NCBI RefSeq assembly: GCF_004010195.1
Contig: NC_057719.1
Location: 66,584,066-66,648,065, forward strand
Reading direction: 5' to 3'
DNA: 64,000 nt
From: Chiloscyllium plagiosum
Lineage: Eukaryota
The position numbers were made by a program, and so were the translations under genes. The notes under the pieces were generated by a model that saw only the letters and a program-made list of their open reading frames with translations, ran no database searches and was not told where the DNA came from. The stretch's first letter is position 1; every line of letters starts with the position of its first letter. This document shows, piece by piece, positions 36,880 to 49,718 of the stretch.

Positions 36880-38420
36880 CCCTGTTCCAGTCCTACTCAG
36901 ACTCCCTCCCACAATCTTTTTATATTCTGCGACATCAATGACTCTTTAGGTTCTACTTCCTGCTTTCATCCCAAACTCTCAAAAAATCACCAGTTTTGCT
37001 TCCAATTGCCATGCTTTCTTTATCTTCACCCAGTTGTTCGCTGACATTCCCCTTCCCTCCTTGGCCAACTGTGTCTCCAATTCTGTGGATAGGCTGTCTA
37101 CTAGTATTATAAACCTATCGCTGCCTCAACTACAGTTCCTCACACCCTGCTTCCTGTAAGGGCTGTATTCCATTCTCCCAGTTTCTCTATCTCTGTTATA
37201 GCTGTTTTAATGATGCCATCATCCACACCAGCACTTTTGACATGTCTTCCTTTTTTGTCAAATGAGGATTCCTTCCCCCACTGTCCCTCTGAGGGTAACA
37301 GAACCCTTAACTTGTCTTATCCATTTCCTGAACTTCAGCTCTCACCCCTTTCCCTTCCTTCCAGAATTACAGTAGGGTTCCGTTATGTCTTCTCATTGTC
37401 TTTTGTTGCCAGATATTTGAAGCAATCACGCACTAAGCTTAGAAGAATGAGAGGTCATTTTGGCATAATTGTAGCTTGCCATGCTGGCCTGGGTGGACTT
37501 GCCTTAGGCCATTGTCATGTTATACAAGAGCTGACTCTCTAACACAGTTAGAAATGTGGTCCTCTGGAACACACTCATATTCAGTTGGTGCACAATTAAT
37601 TAGTTCCGAGCGCTTTACCTTCAATGCAACAGATTCCTATTGACCCCACCTTCCAACCAGCAGCCTTTTTGTATTGGATGGATCATTCTCCACCAATTTT
37701 GCTACCTCTGACAAGCTGCCATCACCAAATGCAACTTCTCCTTCCCACAAGTCGACATTTCAAAGGAATTGTTCCCTTTTCAATATCCTGGGCCACTCCT
37801 CTACCACCTTCCACTCTTCATCTTTTCTCAAAGCACATTCCTGTTCAGCCGGAGAGGATATAACACCCTTTACCTACTCTCCTTGCTGTTCTAGGCACCA
37901 AATATTTCTTCCCGGAAAAGTCTTCCAGGTGATTTAAAAACAGAAAAAACTGTGGATGCTGTAAATCAGAAACAAAAACAAAAATTGCTGGAAAAGCTCA
38001 GCAGGTCTGGCAACATCTGTGGAGAGGAAGAGTCACTCAACCTGAAATGTTACCTCTAATTTCTGTACACATACTGTCAGAACAACTGAGGTTTTCCAAC
38101 AGTTTCTGTTTTTGAAAGCAGTGATTTACCCACATCTCCTTCGATCAGTCTATTGTATTCTCTGCTCACAATGCAATCACTTCTACACTGGGGATACCAA
38201 ACCCAGACCAGGTGATCAGTTTGTAACAACACCTCTGCTCAGTCCTCAAGCATGACATAAACCATCCGCTTAGTCACTTCTTCAGTTCACCATTTTGCTC
38301 TCGCACTCACACCTCTGACCTAGATCTGCTACTGTCTTCCAGAGAAGCCCAACACAATCTGGTAGAACAGCACAACAGATTCTGCTGAGGACAGATCATT
38401 GTGGTCAACAACTTCCAGAC
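36880..38420 (+). mobile_element. Old Penelope-like element (decayed RT thumb and GIY-YIG) with later insertions
   Basis: DRLST..YKP....LNYSSSHPASCKGCIPFSQFL near 37085-37190; YCI.CSQC..FYTGDTK.RPGD.F near 38150-38225. Confidence 0.75.
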
Positions 38421-39391
38421 CATGAACTCTGTCCTTCAGTCTGATTTTTCTCTTGCTTAGTGTCCGTCTACATCTTGTTTTTGTTTGCAGTCAGAGCTAG
38501 TTGTGTTACCAACATTAATTTTGGACCTGCATTTTTGTCTTTTTTCTACCTGACCTTTCCCTTTCTCAACATCAGAAAATCCCATCATAATTCTGTCTTT
38601 CTTTGGTTCAAAAAAACAGATTTATCAGAATTGAAACATTAACTCCAGTCATGATCGAATGGTGGAGCAGACTCGTTGGGCTGAATGGCCTAATTTCTGC
38701 TCGTGTGCCTGCTCTCCAATGATGTGGAGTTTTTCCAGCAGTTTGTTTTTGTTCTAGATCTGCAGCATCTTCAGTTTTTTTGCATTTATTTAGTCAGGGT
38801 TGATATTGGCTTTTTGCAGAAGTGTATAATGGGTAATAGGCTATTCTCCGTTTCTCCAAACTCTTTATCCATTCACTTTATCCAAACATGGGTCAGCAGT
38901 GATATTTTAAAGAAAGATGGTCTGCTATAGGTTACCTTTTTTCATAGTAGTGAACTATTTTCAAAATTGATGTATAGTACGGGAGCATTTGCTTTATAGG
39001 TTTATAGCTGTGCTTTAGATTGCAGCTTGACAGAATGCTTTTTATGTTGCTTGTTTCCTGCTTCGTTGGAACTTTTACTATTGTGTTTCAATTTGAGCTT
39101 AGTGTATTACTGGGCACACACACAAGCATAGCTTTCATGCAATGTTAGGAATTTACATGTTTACAGAGCAAGGATAAGATATTCCCTACTCCAAATGTTT
39201 GCAGTTCTGCTGGGAGAAGTTGAAAATAGACCCAGGTCGTTCAGTAAACCTCATTCTTGCTTTCTAAAATGACGCCCAGGTCTTACAGTCTATGGATAGT
39301 CAGAGATTGGAAATACCCCAACAAGATACACATCAAGTCCCCTCCAAGGTTCCAACACAATGACCACATGGGAATTGCCCAAGATATTTCT

Positions 39392-40095
39392 AGGAGAAAG
39401 TGAGGACTACAGATGCTGGAGATCAGAGTCAAAAGGTATGGTGTTGGAAAACTACAGCCAGTCAGGCAGCATCTGAGGAGCATGAGTGTAGACATTTTGA
39501 GTATAAGTTCTTCATCAGTAATCTCACTTTTTGACCCCAAGACATTTAAATATCCAATGTCCAATGGGCAATACCCTGTGTCTGGAATCCCTCAGAAAAT
39601 CTCCAACTATGAATAGGAATTGGAGACTAAGGATTCAGACTCGCTTACCAGGATAATTATCCTGGAAATATTGGACAGTTAAAATCAGTGTCTAATTCCT
39701 GCCCTCTACTCCTCACCAACACCCTTCTGAACAATTAATCCAAAATGATTATCAACCCTGATGCACCAACTCTGATCTTCTACCTCAATGCCATTTCTTG
39801 GCCTGTACGATCTTGAATTGCAATTGAGCTTTAAACTGAATCCCAGAACATGGGTGCCTAGGTTGCTAAGCCAAGATCAAGTCAGCTAACGCTTCATTGC
39901 ATTCCCAACTCATTCCCCTATAAAGCATTCAGATATACCTTATAACCCACAGTTTTGATTACCCTGATGTGTATACCTACATTGGTGCTTGAATCTGATT
40001 TCTGATGGAGGGCTTATGCCTGAAACATTGGCTCTCCTGCTCCTTGGATGCTGCCTGACCTGCTATGCTTTTCCAGCGCCATTCGTTTGAGTCTG
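39392..40095. mobile_element. Inverted Penelope terminal arms (39392-39518 minus, about 39995-40095 plus) enclosing about 480 bp of unrelated repeat
   Basis: Arms match the two halves of the 6062-6282 hairpin element; the left arm carries the one-sided tail. Confidence 0.7.
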
Positions 40096-41549
40096 ATACT
40101 TGATTATGTCAGGTTCCATGATGTGAATGATGTATTTGGTACAGAAATGTTCTGACCTTCACCGAACTGATTATTAAGCCAATTATTCTGTAAATGATCC
40201 AAGCCCATAAAGGATACAGTGGTCATTTACATTTGGTTTGATTATTCTTGGTTTTGGTTCAGAAATATTGACTGAGTGATGCTCAGAGACTTTTCACTTA
40301 ATCAGAGTGGCTGAAAACCACAACTACTCTCGGGACTGGAAGTGGTTCATTCTGTTCCCAATCTCAGTCTGACAGCTGTTCTCCAATTTCTCCGTCCTTC
40401 GTGTGTGGGAGATAATGGAGTAGAGGTAGTGGCGTAGAATTAATATTCCAGAAGCCAGGCTCATGTTCTGAAATCCCACTATGACAGATGGTTAAATTTG
40501 AATTCAATCACAATTACAACTTTGAAAACAAGCTTAATGGCAGTCATCGTGAAGTAGGTGGGATTTCTCTTGAAGCTTTTCTCTTTCAATAATCTTTATC
40601 ACCTGCCCTATTATCTCTTTATGTGGCTCCCATCAGATTTTGTTTGATAATGCTGCTATGTATCAACTTGGAATAGTTTAACACATTAAAAATATGATGT
40701 AAATGCAAGTAGTAGCTTTCCATTTGCTTTGCCTTTTTTCAGTCTCCAACTCCTTAAAACATGAATTACCTTTTTGCTACATAAGTCTTTTAACTGCTAC
40801 AACAAAGCCAAATTTCCCTTTGTCACAAGGACTTGGAGTCACTTAACAGCAGGATTCCCATATTTAACTTGTTCTTACAAAGTTAGGTTCCAACTCAGGA
40901 AAAGTGAAGCAGAATCATAGAGATGGGAAAGGATTCGATCTTGTTTCCAATGAGCCAAGAAAAATTGCTGCAGGCTGGTCCAGCAGCTTCCATTCTTTCT
41001 GGCAGTCTAAGAGTGCCCCTAAGTATTGAGTACATTAGGCGCTGAATTTAAATCTGATTTCATTATTCTAATTGGGGATCCTTGCTGAGTAAATGTCAAA
41101 TTCCTCCCTATTGTCATAACAAAGACAAACTTGTCATAAAATTCTACCTAGCTTAAAACTTGGTGCTTTTAAATCTGTATTCTATTTAGGGAAACGAATG
41201 TTTATTTTCCAGTGGAATCTGGGCACTCATTCTTAGCCAAGTGAGCGAGGGACATGCCAATGTAAGAAGCTCTTAGCCATTTTCTCAATCCCATCTTTCC
41301 TTTCTAAATGTGAGGCAATGGCACAGAAGTAAAATGCATTTTTCAAATTTGCCTATTGGAGAAAGTAGTTAGTGAAAGTGACAGTGACCCTGTGATCAAG
41401 TAACTGTCTTCATGCCATAATTTGTTTGAATACGTTTTGACAAGATGTCAAGAGTCTATATCCAAGACTCCTGCCATATTAATCAAATAAATAGATTGAA
41501 GCATTAGGCAGGCAGGATTCAGGTGATGTATGTTCAAGTTAGGCATGAT

Positions 41550-42060
41550 GATGTGGAGATGCCGGTGTTGGACTTAGGTGGGCAAAGTTAAAAATCGCAC
41601 AATACCAGGTTATAGTCCAGCAAGTTTATTTGAAAGCACCAGCTTCCTTCAGAACACTGCTCCTTCATCAGGTAACTAGTGGGACAGGATCATAAGACCC
41701 AGAATTTACAGCAAAAGATCACAGTGCCATGCAATTAAAACAATAAATTGAACAAATCTAGATTGCTGTTAAGTCTTTCATCTTTTAGAATGGGTTGCAG
41801 GTTTTGGTTCATTAATATGTAAATCCCAGAACTTCTTTTAAGTTACATTCTCAAGATAACTGAAGGTTTTATTAGAAAAACAGGTGAGATCTCAGCTCAG
41901 ACACTGTTTTAAAGGTGTGAGGTTAGAGTCTGTCTGTATCTTGAGTCAGACTGGTTCTGTTTCCAAAGTCAGAATTTATAAAATGTGATATGGATTGACT
42001 GCCTGTAGGTTGTGTGCTTTTTTGGCAGAATGTATCTGCAAATACAATGGCAAATCTGCA
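41550..42060 (-). mobile_element. Retroelement 3' region, family 3, with decayed hammerhead motif (probably Penelope-related)
   Basis: Minus strand acCTGATGAaggagcagtgttctGAA... A plus-strand relative at about 50790-50910 reads ctaatgaaggagcagcgctccaaaagcttg. Confidence 0.55.
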
Positions 42061-42529
42061 CTTAGGTAATGCAATGCAGTGCTATTTTAAAGTTTAGTAA
42101 AATTTGCCTCTCCAAAGGAGAGTAGATCTAAAATCTTTCAATGTACTTCCAATATGGATAGGATGATAGAAGGTCCTCCCTGCTGAGTAGATGTGAAATA
42201 TTAATTGGGATATTGATGTCTCTTGGTCTGATGACTGATAGGGAACGCAGTTCAGTCCATATAACAGGAAATCCTGGGTTTTGGGATGGTGGCGTTAACC
42301 TGTCAAGATGGGTAGATTATGGGTTAAAATATCTGAATCTATTGGTTTGATGGGAGGCTGGCAGAAAACTATCAACATTCACCTTTCACATGAGGGCAAT
42401 CTTCACAACATGAGAACCTTCTCAGCACAGGCAGGTTGGCCATGAGAATATTTATAGTGATCATTAGCTGCTGTTTTAGTCCAGGATTCTGACTTCAACT
42501 CAGTGGCCATGGATTTTTCAGATTCACTG

Positions 42530-42860
42530 GGCAGGTGATGGCTAGTGGTATTATCACTGGACTATTAATCCAGGTAATGTTCTGGGGACCTGGATTTGAA
42601 TCTCGCCATGGCAGATGGTGGAATTTGAATGCAATAGAATCAAGAGTCCAATGATGACCACGAAACCATTGACAATTGTTGGAAAAACCCAAGTGTCCTT
42701 TAGGGTAGGAAACTGCCATCGTTACTTGATCTGGCCTAAATGTGACTCTGGACCCACAGCAATGTGGTTGGCCCTTAAACTGCCCTCTGGGCAGCTAGGG
42801 ATGGGCAATAAATACTGGCCTAGCCAGTGATGCCAACATCCTGTGAATGATTAAAGAAAA
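42530..42860 (+). mobile_element. tRNA-derived SINE (same family as 5820-6390)
   Basis: Head ggtgatggctagtggtattatcactggact...ggatttgaatctc; tail gggcaataaatactggcctagccagtgatgcc...gtgaatga. Confidence 0.8.
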
Positions 42861-45492
42861 AGGTCAATGGGGAACTGATGCATGTTGATTTTTATTATGT
42901 TCTGATGAGGCTTGAGAAAGGCTTCAAATACGGAGATGTTTCACTTATTTCCTCATGTAAATAAAATGCTTCTGTTCACTGACCATGTCCTGAGATTGTG
43001 TTTCCACTACTCAGAACTAATTTCCAACAATCTGGAGTTGATTTCTGTGGAAAGTATATCTCATAGGTGACAGCTCCTATTATTGTGTAGTTTACTGCTG
43101 ATCAGTTCAGCTGCTTGAATTAGCTTTTCTGCCTCGGTTTTAGGGATGCATACTTTGTATGTAATTGTCCATGAACCCCTAACAACAACCCCACTCCCCC
43201 ACCCAAAGATCATTTTGGAGTATTAGTCAACCATTGCATTCCATCATTGTTCTATTGATCTTCAAGAACCAAAAGATGATTATGTATGATGGTACAAAAC
43301 TTTTGTATGTACCAATAGAATGAAAGAAGTTTGTTAATGTTATAAAGGTGTATAATCATAGAATCCCTACAATGTATAAACAGGCCATTTGGCCCAACAA
43401 GTCCACATCACCCCTCTGAAGGGTAACCAACTCAGACGCACTCCTCTACCCAATTCCGCTACATTTCCCCTGATTAATGCACCTAATGTATGCATGTAGC
43501 TATGTTTATATTTTTGTGTAATAATATTGTTCTTTTGTTAAAGAACATTGACAACCTTCTGCAAATATTTTCTGTGACTGAAACACCAAGATAATAATAA
43601 AACTTAAATCAGGCTAGGTTTTTCTCCGTGATCTGACTTGTCCAGGCTTCTTATCAGCTGTATCAAAACAATGTACTGTCTTCATGTGAGAGATAAACAC
43701 TTTAGAACAAAGTAGAAGACATAGCTCAAACAGAAGAATGGGTTTAGAATGGAATAAAATAAAACCACATTAAATTCATATAGCATTTTGGAAGATGATA
43801 TGACAACCGTGAAATGAATGTAGAACATTTAGGCCATCTCTTCAAGTGATAAATTACATATCTGTGCTAGAAATAATTTTTACAGGCTTTGTTATGTTTC
43901 CCTACTGGTTTGGTTTCCAACTGAACATTTTTAATATAGAGAGAATGCTGAAGTTTGCCAATCCCAAATCATTGCAAACAGCTGTTCCAGGAAAAACATT
44001 ACCAATAATTCTGAGTTTTTATTATCCAAACAGATCTGTATTACAGACTGCGGCGCTGGCAACACGGAGCAGTTCTGGTTTCTGCTCGCCAGCAAGGCAA
44101 CAAGGTGTGAATTCTGCTCATCAGAAAGTTGTTCTGCTGACCTTATCAGACTCATTAGTCTTTTATTGGTAACTTCTCCCAGGGAGTCTGCCTGGAGGGT
44201 GCATAGGCTGGCTGCAGCAGGCTTAGCATGGCTGGTGGCCTCTTTGACATAGCTGGACATAACAGGAAATTTCTTTTTTAGAAAAAAAGTCACCTTGCTC
44301 TGTGCAAACATTTGCCCTGCGTTCGATGATATAGGTTTTCTGGTCATTTGATTTTCAGATTGCTCGCTTCTGCCATATCTTTTTTGAGAAATGTAAAAGA
44401 TCTTCATTGTATTTAATGTTTCCAGCATGCATCAAATCTCGGATGAAGTTTTGCCTTTGCTTGCAAGGTGTTTGAAACCAGCAGCCTGTATAGTCGGGTA
44501 ACATGTCCAACATTTTCATCACTTTGAGAGGGAAATTTTCGCAAATGGCAAACAAAAGAGGGTGCTGATGGAGTAACCCCTGACCACTTCTGTGTGGCAT
44601 TCTGTTGAAAGTGTATAAAAACATCAGCATAGCTGTATTGGAAGACCTTTCTCAAAAGCTTTTTTGTTTCTCTATTGTTATATTACACATTTTATTTTTG
44701 AATGCCATAACATTTTTCTGAGTGTAATCATGGGTTGGATTGTGACCTTGCTCACAATTAATGTCTTGATTATGGTCTTTGAGGTGAAGTCCCAGACTTC
44801 TCCCAAGCATTTTGCAATTCTAGCAAAACCTAAATGCAGGCAGCAGGGTCAGCTTCATCATTGTTAGCACAGTCCCAGTGGAATTGCCACCACCAGCAGA
44901 GGATCTGACTTAATTCACAAGGCAAGTGCAAAATTGAGTCTGCGGCTTCAGCTATAAAAGAAGTAGGGGCAAAGTTGAAGTATTAGAAATTCCCAGAATG
45001 ACAGACTCAGCAGCTTTGGCAAAGGCCTACACAGGCAAATCACACAAGTACCAATGCTTGCATTCGTGTAGTGCCCATTGTGAAATTCTCTACTGCCTTT
45101 CACAGGAGTGTTATCAAACATAATTTGACACAAAGTCACATATGTGGGGTTAAGAGTGTGATGCTGGAAAAGTACTGCAGGTCAGGCAGCATCCAAGGAG
45201 GAGTGGAATCAACGTTTTGGGCATAAGCGCTTCATCAGGAATGAGGCTTCTGGGCCGGGGGAGCTGAGAGATAAATGGGAAGGGGTGGGGTTTAGGGGAA
45301 GGTAGCTGAGAATGCGATAGGGAGATGAAGGTGGGGGAGAAGGTGATAGGTCAGAGAGGAGGGTGGAGTAGATAGATGGGAAAGGTGTTGGACAGGTCAG
45401 GAGGGCGGGGCTGAGTTGGAGGCTTCGAACTAGGATAATGTGGGGGGAGGGGACATGAGGAAACAGATGAAATTCACAGTGTGATTGCAGAA

Positions 45493-45941
45493 NNNNNNNN
45501 NNNNNNNNNNNNNNNNNNNNNNNNNNNNNNNNNNNNNNNNNNNNNNNNNNNNNNNNNNNNNNNNNNNNNNNNNNNNNNNNNNNNNNNNNNNNNNNNNNNN
45601 NNNNNNNNNNNNNNNNNNNNNNNNNNNNNNNNNNNNNNNNNNNNNNNNNNNNNNNNNNNNNNNNNNNNNNNNNNNNNNNNNNNNNNNNNNNNNNNNNNNN
45701 NNNNNNNNNNNNNNNNNNNNNNNNNNNNNNNNNNNNNNNNNNNNNNNNNNNNNNNNNNNNNNNNNNNNNNNNNNNNNNNNNNNNNNNNNNNNNNNNNNNN
45801 NNNNNNNNNNNNNNNNNNNNNNNNNNNNNNNNNNNNNNNNNNNNNNNNNNNNNNNNNNNNNNNNNNNNNNNNNNNNNNNNNNNNNNNNNNNNNNNNNNNN
45901 NNNNNNNNNNNNNNNNNNNNNNNNNNNNNNNNNNNNNNNNN
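45493..45941. other. Assembly gap (449 N)
   Basis: Run of n characters. Confidence 1.
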
Positions 45942-46079
45942 CAGAAGATGGCGCGGGCCCTGAGGAACTACGGCAAGACTGGCGAGATCCGCAAGATCAA
46001 GAAGAAGCTCACCTACCAATTTGATGGCATGCTGCTCTCTCAGAAGAAATCTGAATGTAAAACCAGCTATTTGCCGTAA
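45942..46079 (+). CDS. C-terminal part of a Spi/PU.1-family (Spi-B-like) ETS DNA-binding domain, 5'-truncated by the assembly gap; functional status and true location uncertain
   Basis: Reads [66 protein letters not shown] is the Spi-subfamily ETS recognition helix and wing. GC3-rich codons, unlike the surrounding intron. Missed by the ORF track. Confidence 0.9.
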   Translation, partial: QKMARALRNYGKTGEIRKIKKKLTYQFDGMLLSQKKSECKTSYLP

Positions 46080-46824
46080 AGTCGGGGGAGGGGGCCCTTT
46101 TCCCTTTCCTTTTGGACTCTTCCATCTTGGACTGTCGATGTTTATTAAGACGTGAAGGCTGGGCTTGACACTGCACTTACTTCCTTGTTTTTGCGTTGTG
46201 TTTCTGCCTTGGTTTTCAAGAGTGCTGTTGAATGCCCATTGCTTGTCAATGTGAGACATACCGAGGCTCACAAACTGGACGCTACCTGCTGCTTTCCCAA
46301 TAGAGCTGTGCAGCACATTCTGTTTCTCCAGAAAACCTCTGAAGGCCACTGGTTCTCCAAAAGGAGATTGCCCCTCATTTTACCTCTCCCACCTCCCTCC
46401 CCCCCCCCCCCCTCCCCCCAGGCCATAAAACTTATTCCTGCTGAAGGCATATGACCAAAACATCGATTCTCCTGCTCCTCGGATGCTGCCTTACCTGCTG
46501 TGCTTTTCCAGCACCACACTCTCAACTCCGATCTCCAGCATCTGCAATCCTCACTTTTTCACAAAGTCACATATGGAGTTATTAGGACAGAATATCCCAA
46601 AGGTTTGGTGAAAGAGTTAGGTTTCAAGGAATATTTTAAAGGAGAGAGACGAATGTTAGAGTGGCTTCCAGGCTTTAAGAACTAATCAGTTGAAAATATA
46701 TTCATCAATGGTACAGCATTGAAAATTGAGATTTGCTAGAGGTCAGATTTAGAGGAATACAGGTATCCCAAAAGAATCTGAGATTGGTTGAGGTTACAGG
46801 CATAGAGGCTGGGATTTCAGCTCT

Positions 46825-47146
46825 CATAGCTTCCCTACAATGTGGAAATTCCCAACAAGTCCTCACTGACCCTCTGAAGAGTATCCCACCCAGAACCAAT
46901 CCCCCAGCCGATTACTCTACATTTCCCCTGACTAATGCACCTAAGATACACATCCCTGTACACTATGGGCAATTTAGTATAGTCAATTCACCTAACCTGC
47001 ACATCTTGGACTGTGGGAGGAAACCAGAGCTTCCTGAGTGAACCCATGCGGACACAGAGAGTATGTGCATTGTCAGCTGAAGCTGGAATCGAACCCAAGT
47101 CCCTGGTGCTGTGAGGCAGCAGTGCTAACTACTGGGCCACCGTGCT
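46825..47146 (-). mobile_element. HE1-type V-SINE (older)
   Basis: Reverse-complement similarity to the 8274 copy. Confidence 0.85.
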
Positions 47147-48329
47147 GCACTTGGGTAACAAATACAAGAGCAGACGCATTCTGAAAGAAGTGTTTCTGAA
47201 TGGCACATATTAATGTCCTCATATTTTTGGGATGAGCTGCTATTTTCGATATGAGAGCAAGGTAGTGAAGGGAGCTGAGATCTTGCTTGTCTCCAGTGAA
47301 CTGCTCATTACCTCCTTGAGGAGCTAGTTCATAAACGTTGGAGTGCCAAAATGTGATCTTCAAAGTGCAGGCCACTGAAGCCAAACAATCTGGATCATGT
47401 TATTGCACAGCTGTTGGGTTCACTGAGGAGAGCAATGAATTTTTTTAATGAGGAAAAGCAATTGCCACTGGAGATTTTTCTGTAAGATTATACACAGTAA
47501 CTTTTAGTTCACTATTTAACCACATCTAAGCACCACTCTGCCATCAGCAATAGAGGCTATCATGGCAATCACCTGCTTTGTCAGTAATTGGCCATCATCA
47601 CAGGCCCAGTTGATGATTGCTTTGTGGAGTCAGGACCTAATGTAGTGTTCAATTCTTCTGTGTTTGATTGAGAGTCTGATAACTGATTTATGCTTACTGT
47701 GCTTGATTGCGTACGCTTGGTGAAGATTGGGTGTAGACTTAGAGAAAATTAACCAATTGTAGAAACACACACAGATGTATATTTTTGCATAGATCTGAGA
47801 CATAAAATATATTACACAAGTAAATGATCCGACCATTAGGTTTCCCATCCTGAATTAAAAACCAAGGACCGAATGCCAAGACTATGGAGGTGTTTAAAAC
47901 CGGGATGATTTTTTTAATTGATACATTGTCAAGCTATGAGTCAGAGTTGTTGGGTGAACAGGATTTGTTAAGAATTTTGGATGGCTTAAGAAAAATGCAA
48001 AATGAAAGGCAGGCTAGTTGAGTCCAGAGATAAATAAGGCAGGGAAGATGGTTTCAGCAATAAGTGTGCTGAGGTGACGGTACAGAGGTGAAAGATGTTA
48101 TGTTTACTGATCTTGTGGTTCAACCTCTGGCAGTTGCCAGAAAAAGGGGTGCAGTTCATGGATAGGGAACAGAGTTTGTGGAAGGGGCCAAATTCAGTAG
48201 TTTCAGTTGTCCCAATATTAAGCTAAGAAATTGTTGCTTGTTTGATGTGGCACATTGCTTTTTCAATGAGACAATTTACATGAAAACGTACAGTTAGGAA
48301 CAGAAGTAGGCGTCAGCCCCTGAAGCAAT

Positions 48330-48590
48330 TACTCACCAGACAGTTTAACTTCAGAGGTGGGAAATCTTCTAGAATCGATTATTCAGGATAGAATTAATAT
48401 TAATAAAACATGGAAAAACCTGGGTGTATTCGGAAGAGCCACCATACATTTGTTAAAGAAAATCATGTCTAATTAGATTGCTGGAGTTTTTTGGAGAGGT
48501 AGCAAAGAAGGTTGATGAGGGGAAGACTGTTGATATGATGTACAAGAATTTCCAAAAGACATTTGGTTCATTGCCAGACATCAGACCTTT
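48330..48590 (+). mobile_element. CR1 RT fragment
   Basis: LLEFFGEVAKKVDEGKTVDMMYKNFQKTFGSLP matches CR1 LLEFFEEVT..VD.G..VDV.Y.DFQKAFDKVPH. Confidence 0.8.
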
Positions 48591-49164
48591 GACATCTGAC
48601 ATTTATATTATACGCCACCTGACAGATCTTTCTACCCATTCACTTAGCCCTTCTGTTCTTGATTTGCATCTGATCATCTTCCCACTTTACCACCTGTCCT
48701 CATGTCACCTCCATATTTAGTCACCATGTCTTCATTCCCTCACCTAGGTTTTGATATAAATTGCAAAACGTTGAGGGCCCAACATCGAAGTCTGCGGGAC
48801 CCCACTTGTCACATACTGTCAATCTGAAAATGATCTGTTCATGCAAGTCTCTGTTTTCAGTCAGTCATCCATGATAGTATGTTACCCATTATAGTATGAA
48901 CTCCTACTTTGTGTACTAATCCTTTATGGAACCTTATTAAATACCTTCTGAAAATCCAAGTAGATTCTGTCAACAGGCTCCCCTTCAGTTAGAAGCAGTG
49001 GAGGGGTTGAATCAGCTGATTGTGAGGTAAAACTGGATATGGTCAACTTGCATGGGGAATATGGCATCATAATCTTGACAAGGTCCTCAAAAATACACAT
49101 CACTCCCCCAGTACGAAATGGAAGTGCCAGTCTTGAGTGTGGGGGGGTTTGTTTATTCTTAACG

Positions 49165-49397
49165 TAGGGTTGTTTAGCTCAGCTGGATAGCTGGTCTGCA
49201 ATGCAGTGTGATGCCAACAGCATGGGTTCAATTTCTACACCAGTTGAGGTTACCAGGAACGAGTCTCTTTCTCAACCTCTTTTCCCCCGCCTGAGGTGTG
49301 GTTACCCTCAGTTAAACCATCACCAGTCATCTCTCTGTCTAATGAGAGAGTAGTCCCATGGTCCAGTAAGGCTTTGGCGACTTTTACCTTTACCTTG
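49165..49397 (+). mobile_element. tRNA-derived SINE (third family)
   Basis: A box tagctcagctgg, B box gggttcaatttc, (TTTACC)n tail. Confidence 0.65.
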
Positions 49398-49718
49398 CTT
49401 CGCTGCAAGTGTGCTGCCATTAAGCAAAGGCTGAGAACAAAGCTCTCACTGCAAATTTTTTTAAAGAATTGATAAATGGGGCTAACTGCCATTTTTGCAA
49501 TGACAGCACTGCCGAGCTACCAAATACTCTGGGCCCACCGCCTTGCAAATGCCTGGAAGGAACTGATAATGGAATCGAACAACCAGTTCTAGGTTTGATT
49601 AACGTAAAAATAAAGATTAAAGTTCTTTCCTGCACTTGCTCAGATTTATTTTCTTAGATGTCCATCTGAGAATGAAGTTAAAGCTCAATATTATTTTACA
49701 ATATATAAGGTAATTTAT

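Larger units (their letters stand above)
45145..46559. mobile_element. Composite insertion: inverted Penelope arms (about 45150-45492 minus; about 46400-46559 plus) with a 16-bp flanking direct repeat
   Basis: CACAAAGTCACATATG at 45129-45144 and 46560-46575. The arms are reverse complements of each other and of the 6062-6282 family; the right arm has the extra tail. Confidence 0.8.

Noticed and set aside
45474..46349. Long ORFs of 160-291 aa in the ORF track around the gap
   Set aside because: They are long only because they run through Ns; the track does not show the ETS peptide.
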